Positions 26,689-38,648 of a DNA stretch of 64,000 nucleotides are shown in pieces (the stretch's first letter is position 1; each line of letters opens with the position of its first letter). The notes under the pieces were generated by a model, which was not told the DNA's origin, did no database searches, and was given only the letters and a program-made list of their open reading frames with translations. The translations under genes and the position numbers were made by a program. Source of the DNA: Octopus vulgaris (Eukaryota); assembly GCA_951406725.2 (NCBI GenBank), contig OX597831.1:31558001-31622000 (forward strand). Direction: 5' to 3'.

Positions 26689-29600
26689 AAGAGGAGAAGT
26701 TTCTGCTGCTGTAACCACAGCAGCAGCAGCAGCAACAGCAACAGCAGCTACAGCAGCATTGTGACAGATGAAAGGAGTAAATTATAAGAATGGGACAGTT
26801 TTAAACAGTTAAATCATGGAACTGTTTGAATGTGAAATATATGTTGCAACTTTGAAATCTAAATTGACCTCCATTTGAAGCATGGCAACATTGGAAACTA
26901 ATCCAAGACCCAGACAGCCTACACTTCAATACACACCAAAATCACTTCCACAGTATACCAAACTATACTTCAACACTACACAACACCACACTTGTACAGT
27001 GTACCATACTACATTGATACTATATACACTACAACCTGTGCTGCATTACATCTCCATGTTCTAGTCTTACAATGTTGTACACTCCACTTACACTCTGCTA
27101 CACTACACTACACTAAAATGCCACTCCATTATCTCAAGGCTGTCACACTGCAATATTTCATCTCTTCTCTGTTCCATACAACTGTTTACATCACCAGCAG
27201 CCGTGCGGTCGTCATCCATTTGCAACATCAAAAGACACACAGGTACTGCTTTCAGCCACGCCCATTTCATTCTGCTCCAGCTGGGCTGACCAAGGTGGTG
27301 AGAGGAGAGATGGGTTGCCACACAACATCAACCACCACCACCACCACCAACCACTACCACCACCCCACCAGTGTCCCCATTGTCAATATTTGTAATCAAA
27401 TTCACTGAACGGAACCTAACTGAACCAGTAACCCACCCTCACCTTCCATGTCACCCAACACCTGTACCAAAATCCTGGGCACCACCCTCTCACCACCACC
27501 ACCACCACCACTGTCAATACCGTCCTTACACCAAACCCTCCACACCACCACCACCACCATCACCAACATCAGCACCATTACCAACACCACTGTCCCTGCC
27601 AACCATCACCAGTATCATCATCATTGTCACCTCCACCACCACCAACGCCACCGCCTCCACAGTAATTAATGTTTCCTCTTGTAACTCACCTTCCTGACAC
27701 CAGGTGGCAGCAGTATTACTAATAAGGGTGGTGGCTGATAGGGACGCACCACCACCCCCACCACTATGCCACCCCCACCACTATGCCACCCCCACCCTTT
27801 ATGTTGTTTGTTGTTGTTGTTTATGTACATGCAGGAGATGGGGATGATTGTATCCTCACCAAACCTCCTTTGGTGGGTTTCTTTTTTTTTTTTTATATAT
27901 ATATATATATATGTATTTATTATATTTGATTGTTGTCTCACCATCTTGAATCTGCTGCTAAATCAGAGATGAGAGAAAAGGGTGGATGAGAGGTGACAGG
28001 GAGGAGCAGCTTAATGAATCCCACCTGAAACACTTCATCTTGAAAAATATTCCCCCACCACCACCACCACCACCGCCACCATTTACACCAGCCAACAAGT
28101 AAGTGGAGGAAAGGGAGTTGGGGAGGGGGTTCTAAGTGGTCACTTGACCAGCTAAAAATAACAACCAAATCTCTCAAATCACACTGTCATTTTTGAGAAG
28201 TTCAAGGTCACATTGAACAATGTAGCCTTTACATTCTCCCCCAAAATTAGCAAGAGGGTCATGGTTGGAATGTCTTTGATCATAATATGGGTCTTTTTGA
28301 TCAGAGTTGACCTGGGGTTAAACAACAACCCTCACTGCTTTTCAATTATAAATCTTACTCCTCCTCCCCCTCTCTCTGTCTCTCCCCTGTTCCTTGTTGT
28401 TTTACAAATACAAAAGTCAATATCTGGACTCAAATCTTTCATTTCTTTCTTTCCAGCTCCTCTTGTATTCTTCTTCACTCACCTTCTTCTCTATTCTCCT
28501 TCACTTTGTATATTTATTTATCAGTAATAAGAAGGAGAAACATCACTGCATCACCAAAATCAGAACCCCTCACACATTCAATATGTCAACCTCCTGTTCA
28601 TCAAAAGTGCAACTCACTGCTGGTCACCATCCACCTCTGTCTGCCCATCCACCCACACAATATCACAAGGTTCCACCTCTTCCTTTTTTTTAATTTTATT
28701 TTTAATATTGCAACATCTCAAAAATATTTACTAAGCTGCATCTTGCTATCACCTTTCTCCCTGTAAAAATTACTGGTACATATTTTTATATAGACATATT
28801 TTTATAGCTGACCTTAACAAAACGCTGAACTCAGAACCAGGTCTGGTGCTATTTTTTCATCTCTTTCCTTAAATAAATCTGACTAGAAAGACAACAACAA
28901 AAAGGAAGAGAAAAAAAAATCAAATCAAAGAAAAATAAAATAGATGAAACAGTTCTTTGGATTTTGGATTCAAGGCTGTTCTGTGAAAGGTGAATGTAGG
29001 ATTCTGTGAGGGTGGAAGTCAAATACTAAAAACAAAAGCAGATAGAGTGGGTGATGGGGTACAGCACTGCTGCTGGGTGAGTTTGTGTTGTGGCATGGCA
29101 TGATTGTCTTCAATTCCTCCTCTTCTTTGTAATGTTTTTGCTATTTTGAAAGCAATTTTTGTTTCTCATTCACTACATTCTTGCTTCTTGTCAGTGATAT
29201 TTCCATTTCTTTAGAGGTGAATGGGGATATGGGTGGGTAGGCAGTTACTCTTTTTTTTTTCTTCTAAATCTACTGATCACATGACATCATTTGACCTTAC
29301 CAATGACGTCAGCCTCTCTCTCATAAAGAACTCAGCCACTTATTTGTGTGAGTTAGCATGAGGTTTAGAGGAACAATTATAAATAGATTAAACATGCTAT
29401 AAGATCCAATTAGGGATATAAAACACCTAATGACCCAGTAATGGAGAGATTAGGGTTATTACAATGACCAGTAACAAATTAATTCACCTATAGGGTCCAG
29501 TTAAGGATATGTAAGACCAAACTCAAAGCCCAGTTTGTGAGACTATTTGCAGACTTGTTTGCAACACACCTACCACAGCTGGAACCGTTCCATGCAAGAA

Positions 29601-29901
29601 ATCATCAGTCAACAACCTGCAGTTTTATGCTATAAAAATCATATCATATGATACGGTTTCCTTGTTATATTTTTAGGGTGAGTTCTTGTAAGGGGATCTT
29701 CTTACGTAGGTAGAAAGTTTCAGATTTAGAAGTAAGGCACTACACTGTGTTTCAATTGTCTTCCAGTGTCCCATTCCTGCGCACACATGCACACACACAC
29801 GTGTGTGTTTGGTGATATAAACAGGAAAGTAGAACTCAAAACATGAGTGAATATATATTTTTTTTTATTTTTCAGCAGAAGTTAGTGATTGAAGGGTATT
29901 A

Positions 29902-29932
<31 letters not shown>

Positions 29933-29989
29933 GTATATGTATATATGTATATGTATGTATATGTGTATATGTATGTGTATATGTATATA

Positions 29990-30036
<47 letters not shown>

Positions 30037-30905
30037 GTATGTATATCTATCTAATGTATATGTACACCCACACATTTCCTTAGGTTGAGCTTGAACTCAG
30101 AACTGTAGTTTTAATGTTGGGTTTCAACATTAGAAATAAAGTTGCATTAGAAAATGGATCTCTACATCCAACAGCTCAGGCAACAACTAGTCACTTACCT
30201 ATAAACATAATTCTACCACCATCTTTTAATCAATATCTCATCTTAGTTCAATAATGCCAGCCACATTGTGCCAAAAATTACACAATGGACTGACTCTTCT
30301 CTATAATCATCTCTCTGTAGACAGTCTCTCAGAGTCTTTACTCTGCTACTTAGTCTTATAATAGAAACTTCACACCAGAGTGGGATACAATTCCTGTTCT
30401 AAAGCCATACATATTCTAGTATTCCACAGTTTGATGTTTCACTTTTTGATCAAAGATTTTTCGATGTTCTCCAATAATTGGTTCCTAGATTCCAAAGTCT
30501 ACCAGAGAATACACACATTGGGAAAATGAAGTAGATAGAAGAAAAATTAAGGTTGATGGGAGAGTCACAGTCAAATCTGTGTCTACAGCGCCACCCATAA
30601 GTCATCTTTTGTTTATTCAGAGGTGTGGGTTGAGTTGCAGTTCTATATCTGCCTAGAGAGATGTATTACTAGTTTCACAAATTGCATTGTGGCCATACTG
30701 GAGTTCCAATTTCTATTTATAGTACAGCCAATTACATTGCCCCCCCCCCCCTCTTATTTCATTAACTTTGGAAAATATGAAAGGCATGGTGGCCTCCAGC
30801 AGGATTTAAATTGGGAAAATAAACGGATCATTACACAAATACCACATCTTAAATTGTTCAATGCTTTACTGATTCTGACACCTACCAACTATGTACAACT
30901 GGATT

Positions 30906-30973
<68 letters not shown>

Positions 30974-32144
30974 CCTCCATCCCACCCCCCAAATATCATA
31001 CAGTCTTGTATAGCTTCATGTATTCTCACCCAAGATAAGTACCAACATTCCCATGTGGCAGGCTTGATAGTTGTGAAGAGATTTCTCTGCATGAAACCAT
31101 TGGTAGCTTTGTTAACTCACAAATAAAGAACATTTATTCACCAATTAGGTGTTGAACACTCATTCTCATTGTTCGATACTTGTGTGTCTATATGTATATA
31201 TACACACACACACTGATGATACCAGTAAATGCATATGATGGCAGCAAGAGATGTGTGTGTGTCTGTGCATCGACCTGAATTTTGTGTCTAAACATCATTT
31301 CCACACCAAACATAATGCTATGCTTAGTTGCATTTCTTGTAGTTTATTTTCTGAGTTCAAATTCTGTCGATGTCAGTTTTGCCTTTCATCCTTTTGAAGG
31401 TGGGGGGGGGGACAATGAAATAAGTACCAGTCATTGACTTGGTTCCCCAACAAAAAAATTTTAGGCCTTGTTCCTATAATAGAAAGGATTATTATTGTTA
31501 TTACTACTGTCAAAAATAATATCCCTGCAATTCCCTGTCCAATCTCTTCCCCACTGCCAATGTTCTGGGAACACTAATCGACCAATCGTTAAAGGGGTCA
31601 TAGGTCAGTTAACTCACCGCCACTCTTCCCTACTCCGGTCACCCCTGACCCAGAAGGACATCATGTTGACAGAAGCAGAACACACAACAACAACAATGTT
31701 AATTATCTGCTGTAATTTATTTTTATTTATTATTTTATAGTACTTTTTTGTTGTGTGTGTGTGTATGTGTGTGAAATGGTGTTGGAGTCTGCGGCGGGGA
31801 TGGGGGGAGAGTTGTGGCCTTCATGCTGCTGAAAGTGAAAGCGAAGGAGGAGGAGGAGGAGAAGATCGGTGGTGGAGGGGTGGGCTCCAGGGCATGCACC
31901 GCTCTAAAATCAAAATCAAAAACAAAGACAAAAAATTTGTAAATATATATATTTGTGTGGTTGTATATAGTTTTAATTTAAATGAACTACTACTACTATT
32001 ATTATTACTACTACTACTACTATTACTACCTGCTGAACTGACAATGATGATGATGATGATGATGAATTCGTTTATAGCGATCTAAAGACTATGATATAAT
32101 AACAATGACAATATCATCTCTGTGGTGAATTTAATGATTTCTGT

Positions 32145-32150
32145 AATAAA
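32145..32150 (+). terminator. Candidate distal polyadenylation signal of the RGL gene
   Basis: AATAAA followed by T/GT-rich sequence where the TE-poor stretch after the stop codon ends; other AATAAA sites near 28872 and 28934 are alternatives. Confidence 0.35.
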
Positions 32151-32330
32151 AGTGAAAAAAAAGACATCATTTTCCATCTGATTCTACAAGAAATGGTTTT
32201 CTGTTATTCTTTTCTTTTTCTGATGTTTTTGTTTTTGTGTGTATGTGTGTCATATTACTGTTATAATTGCTGTTTATTTTTTTTTATATAAATGTGATTT
32301 TTATTAATTTTTTTTTTTTTTGCATTTTTA

Positions 32331-32735
32331 TACTCTTTTACTTGTTTCAGTCATTTGACTGTGGCCTTGCTGGAGCACCTCCTTTAGTCGAGCAAATCTT
32401 ATTCTTTGTAAGCCTAGTACTTATTCTATCGGTTTCTTTTGCCAAACTGCTAAGTTACAGGGACATAAACACACCAGCATCGGTTGTCAAGTGATGGTGG
32501 TGGTGGGGGTAAAACACACACACACACACACAAACATATACACACGCGTGTATACACACACATATATGTATACATATATACGACAGGCTTCTTTCAGTTT
32601 CCGCCTGCCAAATCCACTCACAAGGCTTTAATCGGCCCGAGGCTATAGTAGAAGACACTTGCCCAAGGTGCCACACAGTGGGATTGAACCCGGAACCATG
32701 AGGTTCGTAAGCAAGCTACTTACCACACAGCCACT
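32331..32735 (-). mobile_element. tRNA-derived SINE (same family as 15327)
   Basis: Near full-length similarity to other copies. Confidence 0.85.
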
Positions 32736-33450
32736 GCTTTGCCTATGAAATATTTTCATGATCATCTTCATTAACATTTTAGTACATGAAATGTCGATGC
32801 CTATGACAATCTTTTCAATGAGATTGTGATCATGATTTTTAAGCCTCGTGTGGCCCCCATGCCGGTGGCATGTAAAAAGCACCATCCGATCGTGGCCGTT
32901 TGCCAGCCTCGTCTGGCACCTGTGCAGGTGGCACGTAAAACGCACCCACTACACTTACAGAGTGGTTGGCGTTAGGAAGGGCATCCAGCTGTAGAAACAC
33001 TGCCAGATCAGACTGGAGCCTGGTGCAGCCCCCTGGCTTCCCAGACCCCAGTTGAACCGTCCGACCCATGCTAGCATGGAAAATGGACGTTAAACGATGA
33101 TGATGATGATGATGATTTTGTCTTTTACCTCTTCCAATTACTGTAGAAGTAGAGTGAGGTGTTACAGATAAGTTTGTGCACCAGAGGACTGTTGATGACT
33201 TCATCTTAATCAATAAAGAATGGGTGAGTAGCTAAGGTGGCCCTTTGTGCAGTTTAGCACACAACGCACAGACAAGTCTCTGAAATTGCAGTAATTCATT
33301 TGTCCTATGTTTTTTAAGAGAGTAGGTTGTGGTTTAAAAAACCTACTGCTATTTCAAGCAGATTGAACAACCATGTAGAGGCTCTCCATCATTGCCTTGT
33401 CTCCATGTTTGTTGGTTCAAATTATAGCCATGTTGTAAGTTAGTGACTTC

Positions 33451-33780
33451 TCTATATATATAAATGGCAAAATGTCTTTCAGTTAGAGGGCTCGCACTTT
33501 CTATGGTCATTCAAAACCGCCCAAGGGTGGTCGTGCACATGTTTACATTTCCCCAGTCACCCGGCAAAGCCATTAAAAAATCAATAGAAGTGACATTTTT
33601 GTGAATTTTCTATCCAAAACCCAATCAAAATGCCCGAAACTTGATACACCAATTGAATGCCAACTAGTTGTTTGTGATTGGTCGGAGATTTGAACAGTAC
33701 TCGCGTGTATGTGCGCACGCATGCAGCTGTATATGCATGCACTAGCACTATGACCCGGCAACGCCGGGTCATAGTGCTAG
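33451..33780 (+). mobile_element. Non-autonomous Helitron-like element
   Basis: 5' TCTATATATATAAA, 3' GC-rich hairpin CCCGGC-AAC-GCCGGG and terminal CTAG followed by T. Confidence 0.7.
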
Positions 33781-34336
33781 TAGACTATAAATAGCGCACG
33801 GCAGTTGTGCTTCCTATGTTTAGTGGTGGCCATCCCAGGATGTCGAGTTAATGGTTTTTTTGTATGTAAATTGTTCACCAGTTATCTCCCTTACATTGTG
33901 TTAAGTAGACCCACAACGATTTAATTCTTTAACATTCAAACTTTGTCAAATGTAATCCTTGTTTATCCACATTGTTTTGAATTAATCCTGCATTATCTCA
34001 TAGCTTCAAGATTTCGATGAGGTGGTTGTTTATTGTTAGAATGACATTGTAAAGTAGGTGTGGGAGGCCACATGTGGCCGGTTTCAACATAAAACTGGCA
34101 TATTTGGTCAGATGTGGCTTGTTTGAACATGAAATTTTTGGCCATTTTAGATGTTAATGGGTCGAGCAAACGAAAGGTCACAAGAGGCTATACATTCCTG
34201 GTACTTTACTGTGTCTTATTCGTTGAACAATGTATGAATAAATGAAACCGCATTTTCCAGCATCTTGTATCAGCTTAGTTAATATTTTGTATTGAACAGC
34301 ATTAAATACAAAGAAATATTCTCTTGTTTATGTATG

Positions 34337-34369
<33 letters not shown>

Positions 34370-34504
34370 CTAATATAGGATAAAATTTTTCGAAAAAAAA
34401 ATTTTATCAATGGCCAGCATATTAAAAAATACCTTTACAGGTTAAATTTATAAACAACTTATAAACACAGGCAAGAGAAAAAAAATTTCTAATGCCAAAT
34501 ATCA

Positions 34505-34558
34505 TATCAGACCCGATTTCAGAGTTAATTCATAAGAACCTTCTCTTCGTCAGTGATA
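34505..34558 (-). ncRNA. Minimal type-I hammerhead ribozyme motif (PLE-type)
   Basis: Minus strand: UAUCA-CUGACGA-AGAG(loop)CUCU-GAAA-UCGG-GUC-UGAUA; stems I and II pair and the core boxes are intact. Confidence 0.7.
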
Positions 34559-34735
34559 AATGCGGCAAAGAAATAAATGAAATACTTACTTATACCCATG
34601 GAATTTTTTAGAAATTTCTGTCAGCTTTCTTCGAGACGCGTGCTTATAGTGATGAATTATATGGTCATGGACATTGTGTCTAGTTTCGGCATATTTGGCA
34701 TTAGAAATTTTTTTCTCTTGCTCTTGTTTATAAGT

Positions 34736-34776
<41 letters not shown>

Positions 34777-34839
34777 GCTCTAACATCTAGCAACAGACTT
34801 GATAAACACCCACAAGGTCATCCACTAATCTTTCCAGTA

Positions 34840-35185
34840 ACAACCTTGGGCACTTTATTCAATTACATGTATCTACCTCTCATGGACATGCTTATAAAAT
34901 CAGAACACAACACAGCACCCATGACTTTCAGAAACACGTTTTTCATAAACTACCTGCACCACTTGTTAGCTGTCAGGACACTACATCCATCAAAACTTCC
35001 ATGCTTCCTGAAATGTGCTAACAGTACACCTGATGTACTCCTCTGTTTTGTTTTGAAAGTGTCTCCTTCACTGTTCACTTCTTGTGCCTTATTCTATTTC
35101 CTCTTCATGCACTTTTGGCTACCTTTTCTAATGCTTTGTAGTGCAACTGAGCACTGTATACACTGTTTATTATTATTATTATTAT
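34840..35185 (+). mobile_element. L2/CR1-type LINE 3' end; second copy 49490-49670
   Basis: Shared GTAGTGCA.CTGAGCACTGTA + (TTA)n end; the second copy translates WNKLPASVV...SFK. Confidence 0.6.
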
Positions 35186-36557
35186 TATTATTATGGCACA
35201 TAAAAGGCACCATTCGAGTGTGATCGTTACCAGCATCACCTTACTGGCACTCGTGCCCATGCTAGTGGAGTGCTAAGAGCACCATCCAAGCGTGATCATT
35301 GCCAGAGCGGCTAACTGGCTTCCGTGCCGGTGGCACATAAAAGGCGCCTTTCGAGCGTGAGCGTTGCCTTACTGGCACCTGTGCCGGTGGCATGTGTAAA
35401 AGATTCAAGCAAGGTCATTGCCAGTACCGCCTGACTGGCACGTAAAAGCACCCACTACACTCTCGGAGTGGTTGGCATTAGGAAGGGCATCCAGGTGTAG
35501 GAACTCTGCCAGATCAAGATTGCAGCCATCTGGTTCACCAGACCTCAGTCAAATCGTCCAACCCATGCTAGCATGGAAAGCAGACATTAAACAATGATGA
35601 TGATGATGATATACACACACACTCACATATATATACTTGAAAATGGATGCATGGCATTCAATCATATAATGATATAAATAATGTATAGATATATGTATAT
35701 ATACATACATAGGTACATACCTACTACATATATATGTATATATATATATATACATGTATATATGGGTACAAGACATCAAAAACATGAACAAAATGAGAAC
35801 CGAGAACATAAAAAACAAAAGCATAGAAAGTGAACTTTTTTTTCTAACAATGAAAAAACAGAGAAACGAGACAGGTAACATAAAGAACATTCCCTTCATC
35901 AGTTGTCCCCTGTTCTTGTTTTTATGTTCTCGTTTCTCATTTTGTTGACGTTTTTTTTTATGTCCTATACCCATATATGCATATATATATATACAAATAT
36001 ATGTAGGTATGTTCATATATGTATGTATATATGCATGTATATATACAAATATATGTAGGTATGTTCATATATGTATGTATATATGCATATATATATATAT
36101 ATATATGGCTGTTGCCAGCCTCGCCTGGCACCTGTGCGGGTGGCACCCACTACACTCACGGAGTGGTTGGCGTTAGGAAGGGCATCCAGCTGTAGAAACA
36201 TTGCCAGAAAAGACTGGAGCCTGGTGCAGTCTTCTGGCTTTCCAGATCCCCGGTTGAACCGTCTAACCCATGCTAGCATGGAGAACGGACCGTAAACGAC
36301 GATGATGATGATATATATATATGAAATTAAGAAAGAGAGAACAAATTTCAAAGATCAGTGTTCATATTCACTCAGTCCATTTTAAATTGTCAGAATTGTC
36401 CACAATATACATAGGTGCATTCATATACACAAGATATAGCAAAAGTTCATGAGAATTTATAAATATATAAATGTTCTTGTGAGGTTGAATGTCTGTATGA
36501 AAATCAATGAGAAAGTTAGTATAAAATGATTTTAAGAGGAATCCTCAATAAGTGCAA

Positions 36558-36646
36558 AGTCTGACGGCTGTTTCAGGAAGATATAGGTTTGTATGAGCGA
36601 GCTAACTCCAACCATAGCAGACATCTATACTTCCCTCATCAGAGTT
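36558..36646 (-). ncRNA. Hammerhead ribozyme motif with long stem II, in a PLE-like repeat
   Basis: Minus strand: CUGAUGA-GGGAAGUAUAG...CUAUAUCUUCCU-GAAA-CAGCC-GUC; stem I only about 2 bp. Confidence 0.55.
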
Positions 36647-36899
36647 AAAGATATTTAAAGAGTTGTTAAAATTTTTAAATTTTAAGAGACCTGAAAGATT
36701 TGAAAATTTTAAAAACATATAGATGGCTAAAGTTATTATTGAATTCTGCCCAAGGGATTTTTTTAACTCAATATTTTACATGCTATATTTATACTTTTAT
36801 CTGCTTCAAGTTTCATCGTCGAAAACAATTTATTTCATAATATCTCTCAAAGTTTCTTAAAAGAATTATAAAATCTCATAGCGTAAAATGTGACCTTTG

Positions 36900-37417
36900 A
36901 ACACTGGGCCTCACAGAGGCAATGACAGGAGACCGTCTTTGGAGATACACTGTGACTGAGAAGAGCTGGCAACTAAAGTGGGATCACAACCATGCACATC
37001 CAGCCCTGTTAAGAATACTCCTGATGCATTGGGTGATATATGCTTTAGAAGACCTGTTGAGTCAAGTGAAACCAATATCATAGCTAGGGCCAGTGTTTCC
37101 TGGCTGGCTTCCATGCCGATTGCACGTAAAAGGTACCATCCTAACATGGTCGATGCCAGACTCTCCTGACTAGCTCCTGTGCTAGTGGCATATAAAAAGC
37201 ACCATCCAAACATGTTCTTTGCTAGGCCCACCATACTGGCTCCAGTGCCAGTGGCATGTAAAAAGCACCCACTGCACTCTCAGAGTGGTTGGTGTTAGGA
37301 AGAGCATCAAGCTGTAGAAATTCTGCCATACCACATTGGAGGCTCTCCAGACCTCGGTCAAACCGTCCAACCTATGCCAGCATGAAAAACGGATGTTAAT
37401 CGATGATGATGATGATG
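36900..37417 (+). mobile_element. RTE LINE 3' fragment (ORF end, 3' UTR, GAT tail)
   Basis: LGLTEAMTGDRLWRYTVTEK continues into the GAT-tailed repeat. Confidence 0.8.
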
Positions 37418-37556
37418 AAAGCTATTTATCAAAATTTGATCATTTAGATAACAAAGATTGAAGATGTGAGCCTCAAGGGCTCTGTCAATGCTACATTTCT
37501 ATGTGTTCCTGTGGTTCTCACCCTATGTGACCATCACTAAGAATATCTGTATTTAA

Positions 37557-37774
37557 CCCTTTAGCATTTAAACCGGCCATATCCGGCCAAAAATATTCTA
37601 CCTGTTTTATGTTCAAACTGGCCAGATCTGGTCTCTCACACCAACCCTATAATATTGTTTTAAAAATTAACAGCTACCTCATCAAAATCTCATAGCTACA
37701 GGATAATGTATAATTAATTCAAAATTTGGATAAAGAAGCATTAATTTTGGCAGAATAATGCGAACACTAAAGGG
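37557..37774. mobile_element. piggyBac-type MITE
   Basis: TTAA TSD, TIRs CCCTTTAG / CTAAAGGG. Confidence 0.85.
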
Positions 37775-38135
37775 TTAATGATTAGTGTAGTTCTGTTTTA
37801 TTCTGTTCATAATAATGTAATTTTGTGAAATCTTTAATGTTGCAACACTAGTGAACAAGAAGTTGTTTTAAGGAGATACATCTGGTTCTATATATTAGTA
37901 CAATATGGTCCCGTGCCAGTGGCACTTAAAAAGCGCAATTTGAGCATGGCCATTGCCAGTGCATGTAAAAAGCACCCACTACACTCTCGGAGTGGTTGGT
38001 GTTAGGAAGGACATCCAGTTGTAGAAACTTTGCCAGATTGGATTGGAGCTTGGTGCAGCCTTCTGGCTTGCCAGCCATCGGTCAAACCGTCCAACCCATG
38101 CCAGCATAGAAAGAAGCCCGTCATATATATGTAAA

Positions 38136-38174
<39 letters not shown>

Positions 38175-38648
38175 CGTGTATGTTTGTGTGTCCGTGTTTG
38201 TCCCCCTAGCATTGCTTGACAACCGATGCTGGTGTGTTTATGTCCCCATCACTTAGCTGTTCGGCAAAAGAGACCGATAGAATAAGTACTGGGCTTACAA
38301 AGAATAAGTCCCGGGGTCGAGGTGCTCGATTAAAGGCGGTGCTCCAGCATGGCCGCAGTCAAATGACTGAAACAAGTAAAAGATATATATATTTATATAT
38401 AGATAGATAGATAGATACACACGCACACAAGTGAACAAACAAAAGAAAGCGGCTCTCAATAGAGTTTGTAGGAATTGCATACGAGGGTAGACTAGAAAGT
38501 TCATAGGTTGACTATGAAGGAGTAATGCTCTTGAAAACTGACAGAATTCTCTCGCTCACAAGCATTCTTTTATATATTTGTATATGTTCGTTTGTACGTG
38601 TTTGTGTGTGCGAGCGTTTATATACATATATGTATGTACGTATGTATG

